Source of the DNA: a bacterium
GTDB taxonomy: Bacteria; Electryoneota; JAOADG01
Length of the DNA: 64,000 bases
Assembly (NCBI GenBank): GCA_963681965.1
Contig: OY820579.1
Coordinates: 1,664,001-1,728,000, forward strand
Direction of reading: 5' to 3'
Numbering within the stretch: the first letter of the stretch is position 1; each line of letters opens with the position of its first letter. Shown here in pieces: positions 46,789 through 57,100 of the stretch. The notes under the pieces were generated by a model. It ran no database searches. It was given only the letters and a program-made list of their open reading frames with translations, and had not been told where the DNA came from. Both the position numbers and the translations under genes were made by a program.

Positions 46789-47814
46789 TTAACTCTTTAA
46801 TTTAAGAATCGCTGGAATCGGTGTTGCGGGAACGCCATTTTGATTCGCTAACGCCAGACTAATTCGATCGCCTAATGCGATCAATTGTAACAGTGAACAA
46901 ATCTCTTCGCCATTTCTTCGAATTACAATCGGTCGATGTCCTGTATTTTTAAGCAGTTCAACAGCCCGCTCAATGGGTCCTTCTTCGTTGGGATCTCGAA
47001 AAACAATTGTTTGAATATTTTCGAATGGCTTGGGATTATCGCACAACCCGATGATTTCATTGTGAAATGCTTCCGGAATAATACTCCAATGTGCCGGGAC
47101 TTTGCTGTTTTCGGAAAATTGATTTGCCCATCTCCGAGCAACACTAGCTAGCCGTCTAGGCGCCCAAATCCAGGGAATTTTATTTCCTAACGATTTGGCG
47201 ATCTCTTCGATTGAAAAACCGCTATCGTTCACAGATGAGCTATTATCGGTTTCAAAATTACACAGTATTTTGTTCGAACCACCGATTTCCGGATTCGGAT
47301 CGGGAGCGACACCCGCATCGAACAATAACCGCCAGAGCCCGCAAAACATATATCCCAATGCGGCACGGGGTGCTAGTCCCCCCGGCACGATTAACCGGAA
47401 CAGGTTATTCTTTTCAGCGATATCGCCGATTCGACCGCCAGAAGTTAAGACAACGACAGTAGCTTTTCTTGCCAGTGCGACTTCACAGGCTACAACCGAT
47501 TCAACGGTATCACCGGAGTAAGAAGAAGCAACAACCAATGTGTCTTCATTTACCCATATCGGGAGCATCGGACCGCGATTAACCAAGATTGGTAGCGTTA
47601 TTCGACCACCCAAGCCGTCAATCAACAGATCGCCACCGATTGCCGAACCACCCATTCCACAAATCACAGCATTGGCATATTTCTTTCGAGCAGGTGAGCC
47701 GAGTATTGGGAATGTCAGGCTATCCTGCAGTTGTTTGGGAAATTCCTTTACCCATTGTGACATCGGATCATTCGTGAACAATCCATTTTCAGATTTGTTG
47801 ATTTGGGTTGACAT
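46789..47814 (-). CDS. Bifunctional phosphoglucose/phosphomannose isomerase (SIS domain)
   Basis: CGMGGSAIGG, SSYSGDT, APRAA, QFSENSK, PEAFHNEI. Confidence 0.9.
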   Translation of the reverse strand: MSTQINKSENGLFTNDPMSQWVKEFPKQLQDSLTFPILGSPARKKYANAVICGMGGSAIGGDLLIDGLGGRITLPILVNRGPMLPIWVNEDTLVVASSYSGDTVESVVACEVALARKATVVVLTSGGRIGDIAEKNNLFRLIVPGGLAPRAALGYMFCGLWRLLFDAGVAPDPNPEIGGSNKILCNFETDNSSSVNDSGFSIEEIAKSLGNKIPWIWAPRRLASVARRWANQFSENSKVPAHWSIIPEAFHNEIIGLCDNPKPFENIQTIVFRDPNEEGPIERAVELLKNTGHRPIVIRRNGEEICSLLQLIALGDRISLALANQNGVPATPIPAILKLKS

Positions 47815-47961
47815 ACAGCTATCCTTACTGGGACATTATCTTGGTAAAATAACTGATTAAATCGACCAGAGTATAGAGCTTTTTAAACTTTGTTGCAAGA
47901 ATCACATCTTACAGATAAGTTGTTGCGTATATTATGCTGAACCAACTGAGTATGATGCCCT

Positions 47962-48183
47962 GTGAGGAATACTTTGAAAAACCAAGCCAGAAAGTTGCTA
48001 GAACCCGAAGCGCAGCCACTCCAGATGGTTGAAATGCATACGGAGCGCTTTGGTTCGCAATTCCGCGCAATAATTCGATTAAGTAACGGCGAAGAACGGG
48101 AAGCTATTGGAGATACAGCAGCTGAAGCGCAACGAAAGGCGATGGCTGGTCTTGATCTAGACTGGTCGTTTACCCCTAGATAA
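47962..48183 (+). CDS. Small hypothetical protein
   Basis: 73-aa ORF in otherwise intergenic space; start uncertain. Confidence 0.5.
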   Translation: MRNTLKNQARKLLEPEAQPLQMVEMHTERFGSQFRAIIRLSNGEEREAIGDTAAEAQRKAMAGLDLDWSFTPR

Positions 48184-48382
48184 AGCGAATCCTCTGAGAG
48201 TTATTCGATTATTCATTTTTTACCCTCTTTTCGATAAAGTAAGGGTTGATGCTGGTTTTTGCTCACTCACCAAATCTCTGGTGTAAATTCTTACGAATTA
48301 ATTCGATCCATTTTTTCCCAAGTCACTTTTTTTACTTCTCTTTCCGATCGAAACCGGCTATTTTTGATTCGAGGAGGGCTCT

Positions 48383-49966
48383 ATGTCAAATCGAATTATA
48401 AAAATATTCTGGCGTATGATGCTGTTTCTGGTTCTCTCCCTACCGTTTACTGCTTCAGCGCAAATTATTGTGAGAGACTCCGTACTAATCACTGACAGCT
48501 TGCCACGCATCATTTACGAACAGTACTGGGCTCGTATCCCGTTAGGTTACGACCCGCTCGTACCACCACCACTGTTTATCGCTTGTCACGCACTGGGCGC
48601 GGATTTTAACGATGCTGCTGCTCAATCAATTCTGAACGATACCGCATCGGCATGGGGCTGGATAGTATTAGCGATAAATGGTGAACCTGCCAATGAACGT
48701 GGCTGGGCGCACTGGTGGAGTCAGCGTGCGTTGCATCAACTCGATCTGGTGATGGACACATTGGCGCACAACTATCCGTTCGACCCCGACCGCATCTATT
48801 TTGTCGGGGGAAGTATGGGAGGCGCTGCCGGAATGCAGTACAACAACTCGCACATGGATCCCAACGGATACATGTGTGCAGCGACTGCAAGCGGAAGTGG
48901 CATTATCGACCTAATCCGGCGTGCACGCGAACAAGGATCGAATGTTTCGATGTCGCTGGAGTTCGGTGGTCGATACGACAGCACTAGTGCAATCAATTTT
49001 CGATATAAACGCAATTCCGCAATTGTCAGTTGGGATACCTCCAACTCATTACACTACAATTTGAAATGGTTACCAACTTATCTCGCGGCTGGAGTGAATG
49101 AAGCACATTTCACTCATGCCAGCGATCTGGTCAGGATGTTTGGACCGGAAATGCGTTCGGTTTGGCTGCAGTCAGGTGTCGGTGCGAACCATGGATGGAT
49201 TAACATCGACAGCAATTCTACGATGACATGGATTCGCCAACAACCACCGTTGCTTCGTCATCCCACTGTACAAAGCGTTGCAGCCGATTGCCCGCGCCGT
49301 TGTTACGATTTGCGGTTCGAAGAGCTTCGCTGCGATACGAATATGGCGCGAGCAATTGTACAATACGACAGTTTACTGTTTGATAATCACTGGTATTTGA
49401 CTCATCCGATTTTGAATTCGATCCGGAATGCATCTCGTCTCCGACTTTATCGTGATATTATCCCGAGTCGTCCCGACACAATCGAAATTTTCAATCGCGA
49501 TACAGCTTCGTTCGCGTTAGCGATCGAGTATGGTCGACCTCCGATCGCCGATAATTCATTCCAAGTTATTCCGCCTCTTCCCTTTTCGATTGAATTACAG
49601 AATAATGTTGTAGTTGTAATCTTGCCGGATGTGCCACAAGGATACCACGGAATGGGCACTTTCCGATATTTGAACGTGAAAGAAGGGTATTCAATGCTGC
49701 CAAGCGAATACAATATGTCCGTGTATCCAAATCCTTTTAATGGAATGACAACGGTTCGCTTGAATACACCGAATGGCGGTTTAATGTCATTGAAAGTATA
49801 TGACGTGACCGGTCGAGTGGTAAAATCGATTCCGAATAAATTCTTGCGATCAAGTGGATCGGTGTCATTTTCGCTGCCGGCTGGTGAACTATCGAGTGGC
49901 AACTATTTCATTCGAGGTAATGTCGGATCGAAGGTAGTCCAAACGCGGATGACATTGATTAAGTAG
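48383..49966 (+). CDS. Secreted alpha/beta-hydrolase with T9SS-type CTD
   Basis: DPDRIYFVGGSMGG nucleophile elbow; HGW; VYPNPFNG. Confidence 0.85.
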   Translation: MSNRIIKIFWRMMLFLVLSLPFTASAQIIVRDSVLITDSLPRIIYEQYWARIPLGYDPLVPPPLFIACHALGADFNDAAAQSILNDTASAWGWIVLAINGEPANERGWAHWWSQRALHQLDLVMDTLAHNYPFDPDRIYFVGGSMGGAAGMQYNNSHMDPNGYMCAATASGSGIIDLIRRAREQGSNVSMSLEFGGRYDSTSAINFRYKRNSAIVSWDTSNSLHYNLKWLPTYLAAGVNEAHFTHASDLVRMFGPEMRSVWLQSGVGANHGWINIDSNSTMTWIRQQPPLLRHPTVQSVAADCPRRCYDLRFEELRCDTNMARAIVQYDSLLFDNHWYLTHPILNSIRNASRLRLYRDIIPSRPDTIEIFNRDTASFALAIEYGRPPIADNSFQVIPPLPFSIELQNNVVVVILPDVPQGYHGMGTFRYLNVKEGYSMLPSEYNMSVYPNPFNGMTTVRLNTPNGGLMSLKVYDVTGRVVKSIPNKFLRSSGSVSFSLPAGELSSGNYFIRGNVGSKVVQTRMTLIK

Positions 49967-49991
49967 CTAACACAATAGAATCTTATCGTCG

Positions 49992-50018
49992 AATGGGCAC
50001 ACATCGTGTGCCCATTTT
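49992..50018 (+). terminator. Intrinsic terminator
   Basis: aatgggcacac-atc-gtgtgcccatttt. Confidence 0.75.
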
Positions 50019-50245
50019 CCTTTTAGATATAATTAATGATTACGGAGTGTTCGATTGCGATGTAGCTTCGTCGGAAAATAAAAGTGAGAACAATAAAATT
50101 GGTACATTGGCAATCGTCACGATAATCGAAACGAAAATCCAGATTGGCAAAACCCAGGAAATAAACTGTACCCACTTTTCAAACACGAAAACGGATATTG
50201 ACGAAAATGGGGCAATGACTATGCATATCGAAACCAGAAGTACTA

Positions 50246-51335
50246 TACCGTTTCTCATAAATAGTGTCGCATTGTTTCTTATCTTTATTTCATGCGACCT
50301 TTATCTCCTAATCCTGCGAATGGTACTTTGGACGAGATCGAAGAAGCCCTTCGTTGTTCGGTTGACCATGACGAGCACTGTCGCTTTCAAGGGATTAAAA
50401 TGCTCTTGTTAGGGTTACCGGACAATCAAGTTTGTCAAGTGTTGTCGGTTGTACCGCGATCTTTACAGCGGTGGGTTCAGCATTGGAACGCCGGTGGCAT
50501 TGACCGTTTGAAACGGATACCGCGACCGGGACGACCGCGCAAAGCTAACAAAGAACAACGGTTTCTGGTTGTCGATTGGCTTACCCATCCCGAGCAGCAC
50601 GGACAGACACACTGGACACTACGCAAGTTGCATGGCGTATTGCGTAGCGAACTACGCATCGAATTGGGCTATTCCACGCTCGCCCGTCTTGTTCGCGATG
50701 AACGATTTGCCTTGAATATGCCGCGATCCTGGCCGGCAAAACAGGATGCCGAGGCCCGGTTGGCTTTCACAGAACTGCTGTCGTCGCTGCTTGCCAGCGA
50801 TCCCAATCGGATTTGGTTCTACGACGAAAGCGGCATTACCGGCGATCCACGCCCGCGCCGACGCTGGATGCGGAAAGGAGAACGACAAACGGTTCCCTTT
50901 ACCGGCACCCATTTGCGGGAAAACATTTTGGGCGCGGTACAACCCTTATCCGGTCGGTTGTTTTCGCTGCAAATGCCGGAAGTGGATCGGGAACTGTTCC
51001 AGATTTTCCTTGACCACTTCGCCGAATATACCAAGGGCGAAAGGGTAACAATGGTGCTGGACAATGCCAGTTGGCACAAGGTTAAATCGTTAAACTGGCA
51101 TCATATTCAACCAATATTCTTGCCACCCTATTCACCCGATCTCAACCCGATAGAACGATTGTGGTTGTATATCAAAGAGCATTACTTCAACCATTGGTAC
51201 AGCAAGTCCAGAGAAGAACTAAGAGATCGGGTAACATGGGCAATACAACAGCTACTCAATCAACCAGAAATTGTAAAATCTGTAACACGAGTGTGAGAGT
51301 AAATCACAATGCGACACGATTTTCAAGAAATGGTA
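50246..51335 (+). mobile_element. IS630-family insertion sequence, 1090 bp
   Basis: 30-bp IRs taccgtttctcataaatagtgtcgcattgt vs taccatttcttgaaaatcgtgtcgcattgt; TA duplication at 50244-45 and 51336-37. Confidence 0.93.
50292..51296 (+). CDS. IS630 transposase
   Basis: RPGRPRK, WTL, FYDESG, VLDNASWH, LPPYSPDLNPIERLW. Confidence 0.95.
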   Translation: MRPLSPNPANGTLDEIEEALRCSVDHDEHCRFQGIKMLLLGLPDNQVCQVLSVVPRSLQRWVQHWNAGGIDRLKRIPRPGRPRKANKEQRFLVVDWLTHPEQHGQTHWTLRKLHGVLRSELRIELGYSTLARLVRDERFALNMPRSWPAKQDAEARLAFTELLSSLLASDPNRIWFYDESGITGDPRPRRRWMRKGERQTVPFTGTHLRENILGAVQPLSGRLFSLQMPEVDRELFQIFLDHFAEYTKGERVTMVLDNASWHKVKSLNWHHIQPIFLPPYSPDLNPIERLWLYIKEHYFNHWYSKSREELRDRVTWAIQQLLNQPEIVKSVTRV

Positions 51336-52167
51336 TAATAGGAAAATTGCCGGTTTTAAGAAATTGTGCCAATCGGTCGATGATGGTGCGATATGCAGCG
51401 CGATACATACCACAAAATAACCGACCAAATAGGTTTGCCATTGAGTAAATATTTCCGGTCGCCACAATCTTTGGATCAATTCGGTCAATTGCCCAGATAG
51501 ATCGCTAAGAAAGATCTGCCACAAATCGATCGAATCGATCGCATTGGGAGTTGGTGGCGATACTGTGGATGAAAGAGTAGTCGAAAAATCCGGCATTAAA
51601 AATCGAACCAAGAGCAGAATCAGAGCAGTACCGCCAATTAACGGAGCAATCGGAAGAATAGTGTTACCGATATATCTCGACCATTTCCGTTTATCATCGA
51701 ACGAAGTCTCAACGATTCCAAGTTGACCGGTTTTTGGATTGGGATTGAATGGTCGGAACTTTCGAATTTTATGACCACCGATCAACGCTGCTATCAGATG
51801 GGATGTTTCGTGAATCGGTACTCCTAACCAGGCGGTAACATACAACAGCCGAAATCCGCCGAGTGAAATTATCCGTCTGAGAGTAAGAGAATTAAGAAAA
51901 ACGATATAAAGAACCATCAGCATGATTGGGAGTAATCCGCTGAGAAGGATTATCAAGAAAAATTGTCCACTCAGTTGTAGCGATTCCAGAGTAAGGTCGA
52001 ATATTTCGTTCATACCGCAATATCGATTGCCGAGGAGGTGAATTCAAGTGCTATGGCGCATTTGGGTTTGAAATATTCCATTGATTTCCGGGAGTCGGGT
52101 TTACTTCGTGATTCAATCAATGTAGATTGTATTCAATTGCATTCGATACAAGAATTTTGAGGAGAGG

Positions 52168-52392
52168 ATGACCGAAAAAAAGCTTGAGGATTGGATCACA
52201 TCCATCCTTGCCTGCCCGGTTTCGCATTCACCTTTGGCGAAAGCTGTGTATGCGGGAAAACCAGTTTTAGTCTGTACCGATCCTGCCATTCATCGTTGTT
52301 ATCCTATTCGGGACGGAATCCCCGAACTGCTACAAGAATGCGGAATCGATTTGACCGAAGATCAACATCGAACGCTACTCGACCAGCTTTGA
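52168..52392 (+). CDS. Trm112-like protein
   Basis: ILACPVSHSPL...YPIRDGIPELL. Confidence 0.88.
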   Translation: MTEKKLEDWITSILACPVSHSPLAKAVYAGKPVLVCTDPAIHRCYPIRDGIPELLQECGIDLTEDQHRTLLDQL

Positions 52393-52465
52393 TCGGTCGG
52401 TTTCAGAGCGCAAAAAAACAACACGTAGCGATACGTGTTGTTATAATTTATAATCGATAAAAAAT

Positions 52466-52843
52466 TTATTCAGAATCGCCGATTTGTAGATTCGAGATCG
52501 AGACAATCAAATCGGAAATATCGAAAGGCTTTTGTAGAAATCCGTCCGGCTTGTATTTAAGCGATTGAATCAGTTGTTTGAAGTGCGAATAGCCGGTGAT
52601 TAACATGACAGGGGTTTTTACGGAATCCTTTTTCACTTTCGCCAACAGTTCCAAGCCATTCATTTTCGGCATGTAGATATCAGAAATAATCAGATCGAAT
52701 TTCTCGCGTTTGAAATATTCGTATGCCTCGTCACCGTCACGAGCACCTACCGCTTCCCAGCCGATGGTAGTAATAATTTCTACCAGCAGTCTGACGATTT
52801 CGATTTCGTCGTCGACAACTAATACACGGAGGGGTTTCGACAT
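52466..52843 (-). CDS. Single-domain response regulator
   Basis: VLVVDDE, SDIYMPKMNG, ITG, KPF. Confidence 0.93.
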   Translation of the reverse strand: MSKPLRVLVVDDEIEIVRLLVEIITTIGWEAVGARDGDEAYEYFKREKFDLIISDIYMPKMNGLELLAKVKKDSVKTPVMLITGYSHFKQLIQSLKYKPDGFLQKPFDISDLIVSISNLQIGDSE

Positions 52844-52908
52844 TTATTTCTTTCCTGTTGGGAATCGATGTAGTTAAGTCAATATGCAATTATACGCAAT
52901 CCAAATGG

Positions 52909-53283
52909 CTATGACAAGGGTTTCATTTTCCTTGTGACAGAATTGCACAGCCAATGGGAATACTCCGGGTTTACCGAATATGGATCCAAGGCGATAATCT
53001 CAGGTACTTCGTACGGGTGATGATGCTTGATGGATTCGATCAATTCGGGTAGTTTGAGTTTAATCGTCTTGATGAGATAGAGCGTTTCGTTTGCTGTATC
53101 GATCACATTCTGCCAATTAAAGATTGACACTGCTCCCGGTAATTTTGTTATACAACCTGCTAACCCGGATTCAACCAATTCTCTCAACCAGATATCTTCG
53201 CATTTCGCAGGTAACGTCGTGACAACAAGAATTGGCGATAAAGAACTGGAATCAGACCGAACTGGATCCTGATTCTCAGACAT
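52909..53283 (-). CDS. cutA: Divalent-cation tolerance protein CutA
   Basis: LAGC...SIFNW...E...IKT...HPYEVPEII. Confidence 0.92.
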   Translation of the reverse strand: MSENQDPVRSDSSSLSPILVVTTLPAKCEDIWLRELVESGLAGCITKLPGAVSIFNWQNVIDTANETLYLIKTIKLKLPELIESIKHHHPYEVPEIIALDPYSVNPEYSHWLCNSVTRKMKPLS

Positions 53284-53938
53284 GAATGATTTTTTTCGGT
53301 ACTTTAATCGTTATCCATTCAGTACCGTTCCAAATCTTAAATTGAGTGTTTGCTTCGCCTTCCTGCTGCTTCGGACTAGTACCATAGGATCCACTCTGAC
53401 TGGTGTAGGGAACCGGTCGCTGCGGTGGTCGCGGAGCAGGTGGTGGTGCTGGTTTAATTGCCGCCGGTTTGGGTGGTTGATCAGACATAACCGGTGGTTT
53501 AATCGACATTGGTTTCATCGGTTCTTTGATCACCGGAGATTGTAATTTTACGACTACCGGTTCTGGAATCGGTGAAATAATTTCCTGTGCTGCAACTTTT
53601 TTCTTGACTTTGAGAAGCTTAACCGAAATCGCTTTTTGCGATACATTGAAATGTGCAGCAATCTTATCGGTCTTGAAACCTTTACGATGAAGATCGAGTA
53701 ACTCGTTTTCCTCTTCCGGTGTCCAGCGCTTTGCTTCACCGCCCACCGAGGCGCGTTGCCGCGGGATGGAGAGGATATCCGTGACTCCAGTTTTTCGCAT
53801 TGCCTGTCGAAGTTTTTGCAACTTGACTGCAACGGATTTCGGTGTGACACCGTATTTATTCGCCAATTGGTCGATTGACATTTTGGACGATTCCTGAAAA
53901 AGGGCAGCTTCTTCTACAGGTGTCCAGCGCTTTGGCAT
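53276..53938 (-). CDS. Hypothetical protein with two Myb/GcrA-like HTH repeats and a Pro-rich linker
   Basis: Two KRWTPxEE...A..(Y/F)xV(T/S)xK...VKLxK repeats; GGAG RBS. Confidence 0.75.
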   Translation of the reverse strand: MPKRWTPVEEAALFQESSKMSIDQLANKYGVTPKSVAVKLQKLRQAMRKTGVTDILSIPRQRASVGGEAKRWTPEEENELLDLHRKGFKTDKIAAHFNVSQKAISVKLLKVKKKVAAQEIISPIPEPVVVKLQSPVIKEPMKPMSIKPPVMSDQPPKPAAIKPAPPPAPRPPQRPVPYTSQSGSYGTSPKQQEGEANTQFKIWNGTEWITIKVPKKIIHV

Positions 53939-54092
53939 GATTTCTCCATTTCCATATTCGTCATTAGGGTAAACTGGAAGTCAATTCGTTATGGAACACA
54001 TCGTTTGTTTTTCAGTGATCTAGCTCAATAGTCAGATTTGTTCGCAACAATCAAAAGCGATATAATCTAAGAGCGGACTCTGGGAGGATCAA

Positions 54093-55046
54093 GTGTTATT
54101 CCATTTTTTTTATTCTTGTCGGACAAATCGGGTAGTTTGCCTAGCATTCTTCCTCATGATGGTTTCCCCGATTTTGGGTGAACCACCGGTAATTTCAGTA
54201 CCTCGATTACCCGAAAAGCTAGTATTTGCCGGACAGACGGTTCCTTTAGAGCGACCGGCAGTCTTAGAACAGATCGATGCGATGTTCACAATCATGTGTA
54301 CCGATAATCGCGGACAAATGATTTTGTGGTTCAAACGAGCGAATCGAATTTTACCGATTGCAAAACAAGTTATGGAAAAAGCCGGACTTCCACAAGATCT
54401 CGCATACTTAGCCATCGCGGAAAGCGATCTGTTGAACCGCGCGAAATCCCCATCCGGTGCGTATGGAATCTGGCAATTTATGCCGGTCACAGCCAAAGAA
54501 AAGCATCTGTTGCTACAGGAAGGGCTCGATGAGCGGGGTGACTTCTTAAAATCAGCGACAGCATCAGCTAGTTATTTAAAGGAACTTTATAACGATCTGG
54601 GGCAAGATTGGTTTTTGGCGATGGCAGCTTATAACAACGGTAAAACCAATATTAAGAAAATGATGGCAGCACAACATGCGAAAACTTATTGGGATGCTGT
54701 TCCTACCCGTGAAACATATGTCTATGTTCCGCGGATTGTCTTGATTAAAACACTCTTCGAGAACCCCCGGTTGTTCGGAATCGATCCTAGTTTAATCGAT
54801 TCGTATCCGGAATCTGCTTCGGAACGTGTTTATTTGGTTTTGAATTCGCCAGTGCCCTTTGGTAATATCTGCGACCAAGTTGGAGTGGATTACCGGTCGA
54901 TGCTTTTTCTGAATCCGCACATTGCAAATCCATCCTACATCAAAGACGTACTTCTTCCAGCGAATCACTCTTTTTTTCTGGATATTCCGAAGGGGAGAGG
55001 GGATATGTTACGGCGATCCCTACGCGAGAGTAAACTAATTGATTGA
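54093..55046 (+). CDS. Lytic transglycosylase (SLT domain, MltD-like)
   Basis: YLAIAES, GAYGIWQFMP, AAYNNG, ETYVYVPR; start uncertain. Confidence 0.9.
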   Translation: MLFHFFYSCRTNRVVCLAFFLMMVSPILGEPPVISVPRLPEKLVFAGQTVPLERPAVLEQIDAMFTIMCTDNRGQMILWFKRANRILPIAKQVMEKAGLPQDLAYLAIAESDLLNRAKSPSGAYGIWQFMPVTAKEKHLLLQEGLDERGDFLKSATASASYLKELYNDLGQDWFLAMAAYNNGKTNIKKMMAAQHAKTYWDAVPTRETYVYVPRIVLIKTLFENPRLFGIDPSLIDSYPESASERVYLVLNSPVPFGNICDQVGVDYRSMLFLNPHIANPSYIKDVLLPANHSFFLDIPKGRGDMLRRSLRESKLID

Positions 55047-55141
55047 TCAAACTATTCGCTCCAAGAGGGCTTGTTTCTCCTAGAATGACATCGTATCTTT
55101 ACGAGCTTGTACCGCGAAGCAAGGTACTGGTAAGGAGTTGA

Positions 55142-55603
55142 TTGGACTTTATCATGATTAAAACGAAACATACTAAAGCGGTAGACCGCAAGTGGTTTTT
55201 AATTGATGCCGACGGGGTTGTTTTAGGTCGCCTTTCGTCGGAAGTTGCACGAATTCTTCGGGGCAAGCATAAGTCAATTTGGTCGCCGCACATCGACACC
55301 GGCGATTACGTGGTTGTTGTCAATGCCGAGAAAATCCGGTTGACCGGAGATAAGGCGAATGCCAAAGGCTATTTTATTGCCTCTTCTCGACCCGGCAGTA
55401 GTCAGACGATTCCCCTCAAGACGATGATCGCGAAGCATCCGACCGAGATTATTCGTCATGCCGTGTGGGGGATGTTGCCGCGCGGAGCGTTAGGCAATCA
55501 CATGATCCGTAAGTTGAAATTGGTTGTCGGTCCCGATGCGACGCGCTATACAGCGCAGAAGCCGGAAGCAATTCCCACGGACAAGTTCCGGGTTATCGCG
55601 TAA
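55142..55603 (+). CDS. rplM: 50S ribosomal protein L13
   Basis: RKWFLIDA...LGRL...LRGKHK...DTGDYVVVVNAEK...GMLP; alternative start ATG 55154. Confidence 0.97.
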   Translation: MDFIMIKTKHTKAVDRKWFLIDADGVVLGRLSSEVARILRGKHKSIWSPHIDTGDYVVVVNAEKIRLTGDKANAKGYFIASSRPGSSQTIPLKTMIAKHPTEIIRHAVWGMLPRGALGNHMIRKLKLVVGPDATRYTAQKPEAIPTDKFRVIA

Positions 55604-55634
55604 GATTATCGTAGAAAGAAGTTCGGAAGCGTAG

Positions 55635-56027
55635 ATGAAACAACCGTTTTTTTATGCCACCGGTCGTCGAAAGACCAGCGTTGCTCGAGTATATTTGACG
55701 CCCGGCAGCGGCAAGATTATTGTAAACAATAAAAATTTGCTGGATTACTTCCGTCGTGAAGTATTGAAAATGACGATTATGCAGCCGTTGGAAGTATTGG
55801 AAGCGGTGGGCAAGTTTGATATCGAAGCGTATTGCAGCGGCGGCGGACTATCCGGACAAGCCGGTGCGTTGCGCTTGGGTATGGCTCGCGCATTGGTCGT
55901 CTTCGATGCCGAACTGAAAAGCGAATTGCGGAAGCACGGATTTATGACTCGCGATCCGCGAGCGGTCGAACGCAAGAAATACGGTCGTCCCAAAGCACGC
56001 AAGCGGTTCCAGTACTCGAAACGTTAA
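55635..56027 (+). CDS. rpsI: 30S ribosomal protein S9
   Basis: [11 protein letters not shown]...[10 protein letters not shown]...ERKKYG...QYSKR. Confidence 0.98.
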   Translation: MKQPFFYATGRRKTSVARVYLTPGSGKIIVNNKNLLDYFRREVLKMTIMQPLEVLEAVGKFDIEAYCSGGGLSGQAGALRLGMARALVVFDAELKSELRKHGFMTRDPRAVERKKYGRPKARKRFQYSKR

Positions 56028-56096
56028 GATTTTTACAGCAACTCGATTTTCCGCGATTTTATTGCGGAGTGTTTTGAGAAGAAAAGGTTATTCGGT

Positions 56097-56951
56097 ATGC
56101 CGAGAGTTAGTGTGGAACAACTGGTCGCAGTGCAGGCGCACTTCGGTCATTTAACGAGCAAGTGGAATCCGCGAATGAAGCCGTTCATCTTCATGAAGCG
56201 TAACGGAATCCACATTATCGACTTGATGAAAACGTCGGAAATGATCGACAAGGCTTGTGAAGCCGTATTGAAGATCACTTCTGCCGGAGATCAGGTACTT
56301 TTTGTCGGTACGAAAAAGCAAGCAAAGGATTTGGTTCGCGAACAGGCAACTCGAGCGAATTCACCCTATGTTTGCGAACGTTGGCTTGGTGGTACATTGA
56401 CCAATCTTCAAACGATCCGCAAATCGGTCAAAACGATGCAAGCGATCGAAAAGAAGAAAATCGACGGTACTTACGAAAAAATCACCAAGAAGGAACGTAT
56501 TACCCTCGATGCACAACTTGAGAAGTTGACTTTGGCACTCGGTGGTATCCGCGATATGAAGAAATTGCCCGGTGCGATGTTTGTCGTCGATATCCGTAAT
56601 GAAGCGATTGCCGTAGCCGAAGCGAACCGTTTGGGTATTCCGGTCATTGGTATTGTCGATACGAACAGCGATCCAACTGCGATTCGGTATCCCATTCCTG
56701 CCAACGACGATGCTTTCAAGAGCATCTGGTTAATCATGCAAGCGATTGCCAACGCTGCCATCGAAGGACAAGCGATTTGGGCTGAAAAAGCCTCAGCACG
56801 CGAACAAGAGACTGGCGAATCGATGTCGGCTCCGGAAGATAAGAAGCGCGAACAGCCGCGTGAACCGCGTGGTCGCGGTCCACGTCGCCGGGATCGTGGC
56901 GATCGTGGCACAGCCACAGACAAGACGCCGGACGCTTCATCCGCGGAATAA
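56097..56951 (+). CDS. rpsB: 30S ribosomal protein S2
   Basis: HFGH...WNPRM...LFVGTKKQA...RWLGGTLTN...IPANDD. Confidence 0.98.
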   Translation: MPRVSVEQLVAVQAHFGHLTSKWNPRMKPFIFMKRNGIHIIDLMKTSEMIDKACEAVLKITSAGDQVLFVGTKKQAKDLVREQATRANSPYVCERWLGGTLTNLQTIRKSVKTMQAIEKKKIDGTYEKITKKERITLDAQLEKLTLALGGIRDMKKLPGAMFVVDIRNEAIAVAEANRLGIPVIGIVDTNSDPTAIRYPIPANDDAFKSIWLIMQAIANAAIEGQAIWAEKASAREQETGESMSAPEDKKREQPREPRGRGPRRRDRGDRGTATDKTPDASSAE

Positions 56952-57100
56952 CACGCAGGGTACGATAGAGCTACTGAACGACCCCGCTTTGGGGTCGTTC
57001 CTATGTATAGGAATATTGTAGAAAAATCTGAATAGGTGCCGGGTTTGGTCGAGCAACCACTGGAAAGCCGTTCAGTTCAATGAGGAAAGGGAGAGGAAGA

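Larger units (their letters stand above)
50040..52013 (-). pseudogene. Membrane HExxH metallopeptidase-like (M50-like) gene interrupted by IS630
   Basis: GVPIHETSH...LGIV...IAPL...APSSTD. Parts 52013-51336 and 50243-50040 join in frame (...AIFLL|VLLVS..., ~293 aa) once the IS and one TA are removed. Confidence 0.82.
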
